Assembly (NCBI GenBank): GCA_030248215.1
Contig: JASANG010001409.1
Coordinates: forward strand, 1 to 64,000
Direction: 5' to 3'
Length of the DNA: 64,000 nt
Source of the DNA: Enoplolaimus lenunculus
Lineage: Eukaryota
Under the pieces are notes generated by a model that ran no database searches, was not told the origin of the DNA, and saw nothing but the letters and a program-made list of their open reading frames with translations. Every line of letters starts with the position of its first letter. Within the stretch, counting starts at the first letter, position 1. This document shows, one piece after another, positions 13,321 to 27,400 of this stretch. The translations under genes were made by a program, and so were the position numbers.

Positions 13321-13360
<40 letters not shown>
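13321..13360 (+). repeat. (TAT)n microsatellite; the mirror (AAT)n ~16842-16889 is longer
   Basis: Visible directly. Confidence 0.9.
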
Positions 13361-16300
13361 TAGACCTTGGATTTTGTCAGTCTGTTTTTATGATTTAATA
13401 TTTTGATATTAAATGTTGAAATTTGAAAAAGACATAGCGTAAAAGAACGATATTCTTTTACGCTGCTGAGTATATATCCAGCAAAACCACCAACCATGGA
13501 TGAAAAAACCCCCAGAAACCTTTGGACCCATGTGATGATCAGGGGCGGAACGTTTTTCTGTGGGACTAGAATAGTGAGTAAGCCCAAGCTTTAGACAAAT
13601 TTATTTGCCTGGCTTAGGCTTAGGCTTAGGCTTAGGCTTAGAAATATACTTATATATAATACTGTTCCGCCTCTGTTCTTTACATTAGCCAGTAAAGCTT
13701 AAGCTTTAGACTATTTATTGCTTTATTTAGTTTTACGCTTAGACTAAGGCTGAAGGAAATGCTCATAGGCTTAGGCATAGGCTTAGGTGTATGCTTAGAT
13801 CGCAGAAATTTTTGCTTGAAGTTTGACTTGGGCCCCTAGAATAAACGTCTCAACACTCGTGTATATATTCTGTTAGTTGAAAAATGCTAAAACTGTTATA
13901 CGGTGGCATGTGGCAATATAAGTGTCTGGCCGTATGATGGTGCCGGACACCACCGTACGACGCAAGACCGTTGGACGGCACCAGGCGGCATTGAAATACC
14001 CACAAACTATAGCGTTTATTTTTGATCGACGCCCTAAGGTAAAGAAACTTGACGATTGCTATCACTAGTTCCAGTTTACCGGATCCTTTTGGGGGGTCTC
14101 GTTTTGCCGTTCAAAGTACTCACACCCCATTCTGAAAAAATTGAAAATAAGCCGTTTAGACTTTATAAAAGCCTATTTTAGTTGAAATTATAACATTTGA
14201 ATTATGTATATTCATTTTGAAACTCGTACAAATATTTAAATATTTCGCTTGGTATTCTACAAAAATTTTAATATCAACAGATTTTAACGACTAATTTAGG
14301 TATTTCAAAGTCGCTACGTCACGTTTATAGAAAAGTAAATCCGTCAAAATTCAGCACTTTCGTTTCTTAAATCATAATATTTGAAACTTATTACCTAATG
14401 TTTTCACATTTATAAATGTTTTGATTCAAATTTCAGCACCAATTTTGCAATTTCTCAATTCCGGCGATACTTTTTTTGGCCAATGTAAAAGAACAGGGGC
14501 GAAACAGTATTACAAGCATATTCCTAAGCCTAAGCCTAAGCGTAAGAATGAGCGTATTCCTAAGCCTAAACCTAAGCCTACGCCTAAGCCAAGTAAAAAA
14601 TTCAGTTTAAAACTTAAGCTTACACTTTTCTAGCGACAGTAAAACGTTCCGACCCTGATCTTTCATGGGTCCTTTTTTCAACCTTCACTCAACATTCATA
14701 CTTTCAGTTCAACTTAAACTCGTAAGAAATACTTTCCGTGTTCAATTAGTTCACACAACCTTGTGTCAAACTGAAAAACTCAAACTTTTTAGACTTTGAA
14801 CAGAGAATGAATACATCTTTAAGTTATAAACGCATCTATAAGTCTACAGTATAATAATGCCCGAGATATATGCGTCTCAGTGAAATTTTCTAGCCAACAG
14901 TTTAAATATCATTAGCGGCATGGTATCAGTTCCACTATGCCCTCAAAAGGCAAAACAGCGTTCGCAACGGACAGGGTAGCAAGGGCATAGCGGCCTACGG
15001 GTCAAGCAAATTTGCTATACGTAAAAACATTGCATCATTGAATTATCATTATGGTTTGTAATTTTGTCTTAACGATATTTTGTCGCTTGTTTCAGGTGAC
15101 AGCCCTATTCAAATTGTTCAGAACACCGCATCGCCCTTATACGAGGTCTGACATTACCGGGTTGTGTTTACAGCATTAGCCGTGTGGTATAAGGGTTAAA
15201 ATGCAGTTGCCTCGAGAGGAAAAGCTCAAACGAAACACAAAAGTATCAAATGATCGCTCTTTTACCCCATTAACTCTTACTGAGCAAACTGTCTCTCTCT
15301 CACATGGGTGGAGTCGTTGAGTAAATTTCTGCGAGAAATGGCAACGACTATGAAAGGTCGCGAACATTTTGGGTTACTGTAGTAGTTTGACTAGGGTGCC
15401 AAAGGAAGATATAGCGTTTGTGAAGTTTGGGAAACTAATTGACATGGAAAGGTATTTCTGGTACGAGTTTAAGGTTGGGAGACTGCAAAGTATGAATGTT
15501 GAGTGAATGTTGAAAAAAGGACCCATGTAAAGATCAGGGTCGGAACGTTTTACTGTGCGACTAGAAAAGTGTAAGCTTAAGTTTTAAACTGAATTTTTTA
15601 CTTGGCTTAGGCGTAGGCTTAGGTTTAGGCTTAGGAATACGCTCATTCTTACGCTTAGGCTTAGGCTTAGGAATATGCTTGTAATACTGTTTCGCCCCTG
15701 TTCTTTTACATTGGCCAAAAAAAGTATCGCCGGAATTGAGAAATTGCAAAATTGGTGCTGAAATTTGAATCAAAACATTTATAAATGTGAAAACATTAGG
15801 TAATAAGTTTCAAATATTATGATTTAAGAAACGAAAGTGCTGAATTTTGACGGATTTACTTTTCTATAAACGTGACGTAGCGACTTTGAAATACCTAAAT
15901 TAGTCGTTAAAATCTGTTGATATTAAAATTTTTGTAGAATAGGCCAAGGCGAAATATTTAAATATTTGTACGAGTTTCAAAATGAATATACATAATTCAA
16001 ATGTTATAATTTCAACTAAAATAGGCTTTTATAAAGTCTAAACGGCTTATTTTCAATTTTTTCAGAATGGGGTGTGAGTACTTTGAACGGCAAAACGAGA
16101 CCCCCCGAAAGGATCCGGTAAACAGGAACTAGTGATAGCAATCGTCAAGTTTCTTTACCTTAGGGCGTCGATCAAAAATAAACGCTATAGTTTGTGGGTA
16201 TTTCAATGCCGCCTGGTGCCGTCCAACGGTCTTGCGTCGTACGGTGGTCTCCGGCACCATCATACGGCCAGACACTTATATTGCCACATGCCACCGTATA

Positions 16301-16840
16301 TATAACAGTTTTAGCGTTTTTCAACTAACAGAATATATACACGAGTGTTGAGACGTTTATTCTAGGGGCCCAAGTCAAACTTCAAGCAAAAATTTCTGCG
16401 ATCTAAGCATACACCTAAGCCTATGCCTAAGCCTATGAGCATTTCCTTCAGCCTTAGTCTAAGCGTAAAACTAAATAAAGCAATAAATAGTCTAAAGCTT
16501 AAGCTTTACTGGCTAATGTAAAGAACAGAGGCGGAACAGTATTATATATAAGTATATTTCTAAGCCTAAGCCTAAGCCTAAGCCTAAGCCAGGCAAATAA
16601 ATTTGTCTAAAGCTTGGGCTTACTCACTATTCTAGTCCCACAGAAAAACGTTCCGCCCCTGATCATCACATGGGTCCAAAGGTTTCTGGGGGTTTTTTCA
16701 TCCATGGTTGGTGGTTTTGCTGGATATATGCTCAGCAGCGTAAAAGAATATCGTTCTTTTACGCTATGTCTTTTTCAAATTTCAACATTTAATATCAAAA
16801 TATTAAATCATAAAAACAGACTGACAAAATCCAAGGTCTA

Positions 16841-16890
<50 letters not shown>

Positions 16891-19189
16891 ATTACAATTT
16901 CGGCCAACTGTGCTGTTTAGAGGAATAATTGTAGCCTATTAAAGCATAACCCTAAGACTAAGTCTCGGTGTCCAACATAAATCCTAAAACTAACCTTGAA
17001 TTTAAGCAAAAAATACTTAAACGTAAACTAAACGTAGTCTAAGCAAAAGAAAAATAGTCTAAATCTAAAGCCTACTCAACTGCCCTGTGGCGGAAAACGT
17101 GTACGCCGCTAAAAGTTTCATGGACCAAATTTTCAAACAGCCTTTACTCTCGATTTAAGCCAGCGACGTTGAGCAAATTTTGGAGGATTCACTTGAATCC
17201 GATTGTCGTCGATATAACCGCAAAAGTCGTGAAATTCGCTATGGGAAAGGTTACGGTAGAGCTCAATCATTCAATATCCGACTCTTAAATTGAAATGTGA
17301 TCTCTTGTTCGTATAAAGCTTAATGCTGTGACCTAAGTTCGTTCGCTTGATGTCTGCTGCGCCTGAAGGCAGTGGTGGATTCAGAATTTTCCGGCAGATG
17401 CACTTTAAAATATTATATTGCGAACGTAATTTTGCCACGTTTCCAACGCTATAAACGTTACGAGTTGCTGTCCAAATGTGCAACGTTATAAACTTAAATG
17501 AGTTGTATCATCACCTCGTTACTTTGACAGCTATTTCACTATGAAACAAAATATAAACATTAAACTTTTGACCAGTGTATACGACAGGGCCGAAACAGTA
17601 GTATAAACGTATTCCTAAGCCTAACCCTAAGCCTAAACCGAAGCGTAAGGATGAGCCTATTTCAAAGCCAAAGCCTAAGATTAAGTGAAAAAATTAGTCT
17701 AAAGCTTAAACGGACGCTATTACATCCCCGCCAGAAAACGATCCGGCCATGTTCTATACATGGACTGAACTTTTCATGAGCATTCTGCATCGAAAAATTT
17801 TCGATATGTTAAACCTGGTGGAATACTTTTATTTTATACCAACTTCCGCCTGGATCCGGACTCAGGTGTGTACGACGATTTTATTTCGGAACCGGATAAT
17901 TTCGTTTAAAATGGATTTTTCTTCGCGAGCGAGAATAACTTGCGAGAAAAGTTAGTTTTGACGTCTGCAAGTTAATATCCTACAACATTTCGCGTTTGCT
18001 ACTAAAACTGCCTAAAATTAGGTCAAGTTGCGAGACACTGGGTCTGTTAAATTTTGACCCGAACACAATCTGTCATGTGTCAATCGTATTTTCAGTAAAT
18101 TCTTGCTAAATATCAAAAGTTTCAAGATACGGTGTGGGGAAATTATACGCCGGTTATTCAGTAGGGGTATAAGCTTGGCAATCTGTGTTCATATTCTCAA
18201 ACGCGTACACTGCAAAAATTGGTGAGTCAAATTGACTCTCTTCGAAATAGGCTTTTCGCGACTACACAAACTGAGTCAAATTCGACCCCGCCAAATTCGA
18301 CTCACCCGACTCGCACAGTGATCCGAATTAGACTCTGGCGGAATTGACTCAGTTTATGTAGTCCCGAAAAGCCTATTTCGGAGCGAGTCAATTTGACTCA
18401 CCATTTTTGCAGTGTATATACAGCATCTATTATTATTTTGGTTTATACATAAAAAGATCTTTGTAAAATTTCAAATCATGTGGATTGTGGCTTTCTAGAG
18501 TTTGCATGTTTTTTGTGCGAGCCGAGTTTGAAATTCAAAGTTGTGCCTCCCAGCATTTAGTAAGTTCATCGGAGGTAACATTTTTTCCGGAAACCGTATC
18601 AACAACGTTGAAACTTGAACGGTTAAAAATATAACCAAGCCAGCATAGGGTTGAATCCTAACCGCTTTTGCTCATTGTTACCACAAAATATTACTGGTTC
18701 AGTTTAAGCCGTTCATAATTGAACTGAACCCGTACGCAATACGACGAGCGCTTTCAACTTGAAAAATCGGTTTAAATTTGAACTTAAAGCCTCTAAGCCA
18801 AAAGCACTCATCAGCGAACGCTGTTGCGGTCTGTGAATCCTGGAAGCTAAAAGTGCCATAGACTACCAGGAATATCGCAGCGTTTAAAACGGCATTAACG
18901 GAATCCTTTGTGGCTTGTTATTATAAAGCATTTTGGCGAAAGTCGGGTACTCTTTCGGATGAAAGGATTAGAACCAGCTTATGCAACCTTTCTGCCTGCG
19001 GTAATAATATCTTTGACAGCTCTAATTGCTAAAATAGCGTTTTGCACGCTTGTCGCGTTTCGCAACCGCTGTTGGTATTTGAACTAAAGCGCAGATGAAG
19101 GAGAATATTTGCTGGACATAAGCTTTCGTTGTTTCTTTCTTTCTTCTGTCTCTTTCTTTCTTTCCTTCCTTTATATTTGTTTCTTTCTT

Positions 19190-19223
<34 letters not shown>

Positions 19224-20908
19224 ATTTTCTTTCTTTCTTTCTTTCTTTCTCTCTTTCCTTGTTTCTTTCTGTACTTATTTCTTTCTTTGTTTCCTTCTTT
19301 CTTTTCTTTCTTTCTTTCTTTTTTTATTTCTTTCTTTCTTTCTTTCTTGCTTTTTTCGCACTGTCCTTTCTTAAGTATCTTTTTCTCCTCTCAGTGTTTT
19401 CAGCTCTCAGTTGCGGATCAAGCAAGAACTTTCTACGAGGGCGTTCATATATAATACTATCAAACAACTCGCGAAAGAACTGGGCGACAAGCCAAACGCA
19501 ATTTTAGTACTAAATCTTACACACAATATTATGGTTTCGATCCCTGTTGAGTACTGGATCGATCAAGAAGCCATCCTTAGATTCGCCTGTGTTTGGTCGC
19601 TCCTTAGTTCTTCCTTTTAACACTTCATCTGTCTTTCTCATCTTTAACTGTCTTTCTCTCTCATATCTTCATCTTTCTTTCTTTGTCTTTTTGTTTTTAA
19701 TATATTTTAGTTTGGTTGCGCTTTTGACTGGACTCGTAAAAGTATCCGTTTATTATATATGCCAAAATCCCAAACAACTTTCCAGTAAACCATTAGAAAG
19801 CATTGTTATCATTCGACAAACCCTGGTCCATGTATAGAACAGGGCCGGATCGTTTTCCGGAGGGGCTGTAATAGAGTCAGTTTAAGCTTTAGACTATTTT
19901 TTTTGCTTAGGCTTAGGTTTAGGCTTAAGAATAGGCTCATCCATACGCTTAGTCTCAGGCTTAGGCTTAAGAATAGGCTCATCCATACGCTTAGTCTTAG
20001 GCTTAGGCTTAAGAATAGGCTCATCCATACGCTTACGCTTAGGCTTAGGCTTAAGAATAGGCTCATCCATACGCTTAGTCTTAGGCTTAGGCTTAGGCTT
20101 AGCAATATGCTTGTACTACTGTTCCCGCACTTTTCAATACATGAGTCAAAACCTTAAACTAAAATTGCTAGTACTTGCACGACTGCCAAACTTTGTCTCG
20201 GTTTAAAAGATAATCTGTTTATTAATAAGTAATTACGTACTTAAGTGAACGATCTAATGCACCAATAATAGCGCTTTTAAGCTTTTAGGCGCATTGTGTT
20301 CAACTGAGAAAGTCAAATATTGCAAAATGCAATGGTTATAAACTCCAGGTTTAAAACGCAGATAAAGCGGACACTGAGTGTGAATGTAAGCCTTAGCATC
20401 GCTGTGAATCTAAAACTGTAAGCGTAGCCTAAAATGAGTGGAAACTGAAAAAACATCCGATGCTAATATATCTGTAGTTCGTGGGTATAAACCCTCCGGG
20501 TGCCTGCGTTGCATCCGGTCGATAATTGAGAAGGTTCGATGTTTTATGCAGTGCCGGTACAGGCTGTGGGCCTCTTGCGATGATTAGAATATTTTTCAAA
20601 TTGTGAATTTTTCAATTTTAAATGCACATCCAAGTTGAATATTAACGATTATTTTTTGTTTAAAATCGTGTTGTCGTCGGATCCAATCTTTGGTATGGAC
20701 GCCCCTAAATGGGGGGGGGGGTACGAAGGTGGCTGCTTCGGCCCTGAGTGAATATATAAAGCTGACAAAGTCCTAATACTGTAGTGACCCGAATAAGAGG
20801 GGGGTCATTAGAGGAGGTCTCCATTTTGAATCCCAATCAATAGGAGTCCGTATCTCTAATAAGAATCTGTAGCGGATAGAGTACCTTAACCCTAATTAGA
20901 GTCTATAA

Positions 20909-21435
20909 TGGGTCATCCACGTTATACTGTCTACGCTACTGTAAAAAATTGTCCCCACGTACGAGCCCCTAAGTCTGTAATTGTATTGTTTCCAAATTAC
21001 ATGTCCAAATGTCACTAATGTCCTGTGTAGACCCTGCTGACAACTCGCACTCTTTCTAAACGACCTACGCTTGGTCACGTTGCCGTCCATACCCATGCTA
21101 AATTGTCAATACGTTATTTAAAGGACAACTGTTTTGTCCAGAGTCTGTCAGAAGGGACTCAGCATATTTCATAACACAAAGTTTGTCGGAAGGAACTTCG
21201 CTTGGCAATTATACAGAGTCTGTTCGAAGGAACTCGTATTGTCAGACACTGTGTCCAGACAGTGTCTACATTGTCTTTAGTCCCTTCGAAGGACCTGCTT
21301 TCAAAACCCACTATCTAGTTACACCTCCTGTGAAGTTCTTATAGCTTAAAGACATTGTCGTTTTGTTCCGCCCTTAAAACCAGGTGTGTGGACAATTTTT
21401 TACAGTAGCGTAGACAGTATTACGTGGATGACCCA
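20909..21435. mobile_element. 527-bp PIF/Harbinger-like (Tourist-type) MITE present only in the right arm
   Basis: ~46-bp TIRs (tgggtcatccacgtWatactgtctacgctactgtaaaaaattgtcc, 1 mismatch). TAA TSD at 20906-20908 and 21436-21438. The empty site (gtcta-TAA-atgtct on the minus strand) is at ~9294-9307. Confidence 0.9.
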
Positions 21436-24400
21436 TAAATGTCTATTGCGCTAATTGTAGCGCATAAATAACTCCAGGCCCAAATAAAGTTGATTTCGAA
21501 ACTTTAAAGCGTACTTAAGTTTTGGAAGTACATTCAGTATAACCTTGCATTATCGCTCAAGCTTTTGATTCAAGACAAATAAACGTTTTATTCAACCGAT
21601 TGTTGCAATACCGAATATATATCAGTATTAACAAAAGGCGGTTTGAAAATACATAACAGTCCGCAACGGTTCGCTCTGAAGAGGCCAAATAATTATCAGT
21701 TCCCCCCTTACTCGGATCACTACAGTACTACGGGTTCCTTTTACAGTTCGAGAGCATATGATCTGTGATGGAAAAATTTGTATAAAGTAAACTCATGGTC
21801 ATACTCCAACGCAACGTCTTATTTCTAGTTTATAACCCGTGGACTTTACGTTCATCATATTTACCGCATAACCAGTACCGCTATTCTATACAAATCTGTA
21901 TTTTATTTACATTAAATGAAGCATAAATATAACCGGCATGTATTACGTATCAGGATTCTCAATTGTTTAAGCACAGGATTAACCTTACAATGACCTTTCA
22001 ATCAATAAAACATATACGTATAGTTTGATCCAACCCCTAAAAGCAATCAATTGCAGTGTTGTTCGATCCCTGCTGCAATTTTGTAATTGGCAAATGAGGC
22101 TTGTGACTCCAGGGCTCCGATTTCTAAACAAGCTAATGTTACTTTAAGGGGTGTAACAGTAGATTAAGCGTAGTCCTAAGCCTAAGCCTACGCCTCGTTA
22201 CAAAAATGTGTTCGTAAGCCTAAGCCTAAGCAACAAAATGTAGTCTAGAATCTAAACCTACTCTTTTATAGACCCACCAGGAACCTGGACGCCGCTTAAA
22301 GTAACATGGGCCCCTTAAGCACATGTTTTGTAATAATCTTTGCTTTTCAAACCGAAATAGTTCACACGCTGAGAAGAAATTGCGTATTAAAGTATCCATT
22401 GTCCGTGTCAAAAATTTAATGAAATTAAAATTTCATAGCAAAGTTTCGAAACAAAAATTATAAAAAATTCTACAACAATCGGATTCGTATTTTGTAGGCT
22501 GTAAAAACGCATAGCAAAAATATCGGAAACGGATATTGAAATAAGTTTTGAAGATGTTTTATTTTTCTACCAACACAATTGAGACGTGCAAGCATGGCTG
22601 TATAAATTTTTAAACAAAAAATGGTGTTTTTCGCAGTTCTTATAGATACATTTTATTAAAATTCTGCAGTAGTTTTTAAAATAACGTTAAAATAACTGTC
22701 ATAATATTCTAAAGCTAATTAGGCAAACGCTTGTTATAGGTTTGTAAAAATATGGGATTAAGAAGTTTGTCTAAAAATTCGAGGGTTTCACATTAAAGCC
22801 CCACCGAAGTCGTCTTAGGATTAAATAGAATTATGCGGTTAAGCTTACGGTACAGAGGCAATGTATAGAACTGCAGAACGGAATTGTAGTACAAGCATAT
22901 TTCTAAGCCTGAGCCTATGCGTAAACCTACTTGAGCCTAAATCTAAGCCTGAGTAAGGAAAAATTAGTCTAAAGTTTAAGCTTACTCTATTGAAGAACAG
23001 CGATTAAAACCATCCGCCCAAGATCTATGGACCCACTGCGCTAACCGTGTAGGCTTAAGTTTAGTATAGGTTTACGCTTAGGTCTTTTCTCATGTCTAAG
23101 CCTATTAGCGGAGGTTAGTTTACGGCGACACATAACTAAAATAGATACCAGAAAAAAATTTCAATTTAACATATTAAACAGGATGCAAACGGATAGTAAA
23201 AATAACAGAAACGGAAACGGATAGCGATCAAAATAACGTAAAGGGATACTGAAGTAAAAAACGTTCGAAGATGTTTTATTTTTCTGCCAACACAATTGAC
23301 GCATCCAAATACTCACTGCGCTTTTTCAAAATTTAAAGCAAAAATAGCGGACGCAATGAAATTTTTAAGACCTTGGCTGAACAATTGCAGCACGTTTGTT
23401 ATGAAAATTGCCAGTTTATATACGTGAATTTTAACTAATTTCGAGTACAAAATTAGCAGTTTCCGGTATTTTGGTAAACGGAAACGGAAACGGACACTGA
23501 TTTTTACCGGAAACGGAAATGTATATCTGGTTACACTCTAAATTCCAATGAGTTGATTAATCTCGGTAAACATTAACTCACTCTGAGTTGAGTTGATTCT
23601 TACTATGAGTTCACTCTCTGAGTTCACTAGACTCCGGGTGAGTTAATTCATTAATTCAAAATGAATTGAATCAACTTAAAATTCTCTGAGTTCTGATAGT
23701 CCTAACTCAGACTGAGTGATTCAACTCATTCTGAGTTAAAATCAACTCACTGAAATTTACAGTGTACACCCACCGAATATTTGATTGTTCATGAATAAAA
23801 AATACATAACAGTGTCGTTTTGGGGTTTTGCGCGATTATTTTTGGGCGACAAAAGCGTTAAATGGGCAACATTTGGCAATGTTCCCACGGTGTTTAACCA
23901 TTTTACTTTATACTTGCATACGATCATTAGTTGTTTACGTACGTACATTAGGACTTGTTTGTTTACATTTTAATAAAACCATCCTAAGTTAAGAAACCTA
24001 TTAGCCTCTCGAAGGCCAATTAGTGCATATGGTTTCCATTTCAAGCATCGCTAGGAAATACAACTCGGTTAATAGCAAAACCTAAAGCAATCGCCACTGT
24101 AGATTTCAGCAAGTTGATTTTAACTCAGAATCAGTTGAATCAGTCAGTCTGAGTTAGGTCCATCATAACTCAGCATTTTGAGTTGATTCAATTCATTTTG
24201 AGTTAACTAATCGACTCACCCATGAGTCAACTCAACTCAGAGTGCGAATCGACTCAACTCAGAGTGAGTTAATGTTTACTGATATTAATTTATAAATAAC
24301 CAACTCGCTACCTGAATTGATTAATCAACTCATCGCAATTTGCAGTGCGCCCATACTTTCAAATGTGTGTAGCACCTAGCACTAGTTGGTGATAGGTGCT

Positions 24401-27400
24401 GTAAATTTGGGCCAATTAAACAACAGGGGCGGAACAGTATTATAAGTATACTCCTAAACCTAAGCATTAGCCTAAAGCCTAAGCCAAGCAAAAAAATTAG
24501 TTTGTAGTCCCACAGAAAAACGTTCCGCTCCTGATCTTTACATGGGCCTAAATTTGGAAACAATTGCATCGTGACAGCTTTTAAATTCAGCACATTGTTC
24601 GCGTTTGATTTGCGCTATACTTCTTTAACTTATTTTGAGATTTTTTGAGATCTGCAATTGCAGATGTTGGTCAGTTTGAAAACTTATCGTTAACTGGTGA
24701 TAGGTGCTGTACGCATTTGAGAATATGGGCCAAGGCGAGAACTTAAATATGTTTTAAAACTATTCCGTAGAGCATCAGAGACCAGTATTGTCTTCTATAT
24801 AGCAATTTAGGTACACGTAGACAGAGTATAAAGTCTCCACAAAACGTGACAGCCACCCGTTCCCGGCTCATTCGTTAGGCTACTGTAGCTATGTGAGACC
24901 CCTCCCAGCCGAGAGCCTGGTGGTCTGAATCCTACCTTTATCGTAAAAGTTCCTCATCACGTAAAGTATACTATGAGCAACTAATTGTAAGTGCAGTTTT
25001 ACATGAACGCAATACGCACGTTTACACGCATCGCGAAAGCCTTTAAAACCAGGGCTGGGCACAGGAAAAAACCAACAAAACGTTTATTCGGGTTTTTAAA
25101 GGCTGATTCAGGGTGGATATGAGGCATGCATCCCCCCCGCTGGCTGCCGAGTGCAAATTTTTTTTCAGGGTTAAAACCAACGTAAGCTATGATGGCACTT
25201 ATGGTGATTTTTGAAAATACGGGAAAAAGAACACAAAACCTCTTCGTCCTAGTAACAACCAAGGTATCAGAGGCTAGAAATTGTTGCAAGATCCGCTTTA
25301 ATGAGTGCATCTTCACCACTTTGAGGTTCTTCTCGTTAGAGATACATATATACATACATGCATACATACTTAACTTAACATTATCCCCTGGTGCATCTCC
25401 CCGAGGAATATCCGGATTTGCCACTGAATAAAATACGTAAAAACGGGCGGGTTCGTGTATTACAATCAGGTTGATATCCGGTTCCGATTTCCGTTAACTA
25501 TTCTATTATTTGGCGGTGCTTGCACTATCCGATATTTCGACATCCGTAGCAAAAAGTATAGTATGGTGGACTATATGGCTATAGGAGGAAAAATATGGCT
25601 CGACACAGGCAGATTCAGCTCAGCATATGTCGTCAACGAGACAGAAAAAATTTAAGCTACTTTTGGATTGAATATACTTGAAAATTTTTATTTACCACTG
25701 GCTGGGTTTCTGACATCGTACTTATGTATATATTTACTAACTTACGCTTAACTAACCAAAAAAGAAAAATATCGGCGGGTGTCATGACAATGAACTTAAG
25801 GCATCATGAATCTACAGCTTCAATTAGATCAAGGTTAGTACGCTTGAACAGGTAATTTTTGTAGTGTATCTAATGCGGGGTTCACGTTATAACAGGGGCA
25901 GCTTGGGACACGTTTTGTCCCTATTAGACTATTGAGTAACATTTTGTCTGCTTATAAACCATATATAGTATTCAAAAATTCGTATTTGTCTGCTATTATC
26001 ATGTGTGGATCACCTTTTGTACTTCAATATCATATGATATTCGAGGTATTGTCCGCGAATATCATATGACATACTTTCAAATGTCCATTTGAGAGCGGTG
26101 GGTTACGGAACAGAAAACAACAGAGTTTGATTGAAGGACAAAATAAGCAAGACGCCCAACAGGTCAAAAAAAGTTAATTTCAAATTTAAAGTTACTCAAG
26201 AGATTCCGATAGATCTACACCTGTCGTCAGCCATTGACCAGCCCCGAAGGTACTGTGGCCTCCAACTAAATACAGTTAAAGCGACTGCAGAGCGTTCGTC
26301 ATACAGTTACCGTACCTAGCCGGGTCTGATTTCAGACCTGGGTTTACCCTCGCGGAGAACACCGTTCACTCTTGAGCAACATGGTTGGGGGAACCCTCCA
26401 GACCCGAGTTCAATTAAACTCTGTCAAAAAACAAAACTTAAAAACAAAACTTAAAAACAAAACTTAAAAACAAAAGTTAAAAACAAAGTTAAAACAACTT
26501 GATGTAATAATCAAGTGCAAGTGATGAGCACTTGCACTTGAAATGTTAAAAAAAACTTTTAGTAAAGTGTGATGTTCACACTTTACTCTTCCTTAAAATT
26601 TTTGAAGGTCAAAAACGAAAGTGTTTTTGACAAAAATATTTTTCATAGAATCAATTAACTTGGAGGCAACGGATGCGCCACAAATTGAAGTAGTGAGTTT
26701 TACTTGCTTTAAAAAATTTTGGCCGTGAAAAGTGAGGCGGCAAATTTTGTAAATTTTGTAAATTTTGTAAATTTTGTTTAAAAATTGAATAGTATTTCGC
26801 GAATTAAAGTAAAGAGGAATTTATGCTGACAAAAGCACAAAAAGTATAAATTGTGCTAAAATCGATGTAAACAAGGTCATTAAGAACCGCATACCAAAAA
26901 TAAAGTTTAAATTTTATAAACTTACTAAAATTTTCTTAAGAATTGGCCAAATTAATTCTGTTGTTTTGGCGTAAACTGCCTAACAAAATTATTCAAGCGT
27001 AAAGTTTCGAAACAAAATTGCTTTAAAATTTTAAATATAGCGCGAATTCAAATTATTTAAAATTTTAGGCTACGATAATGAGCCCATTTGTCAACCAGAA
27101 TCAAGGACAAAAAGAGCCTATAAAAAGGAGCTCGCCTGGCGAAAAACAGCAGTTTTTGTGTCGAAGAACTGATTCGATTAGTTGAATGAATTTTAACTTT
27201 TATTGTTTTTATTGTTTACGGTTGACTAAGACTTAGGTCGGCAACGGCCCCCAGTTTACTTTAACTACTCTTAGCATCTGGTATCTTGCTAACTGTAACT
27301 ACTGATAATTATTATAGGCCTATATGGGCACTTTTCTACTACAACAGTACTAATCATTTTAAGAACAAACCAGGAAATTTGAGCAAAATTTGTAGTGAAT

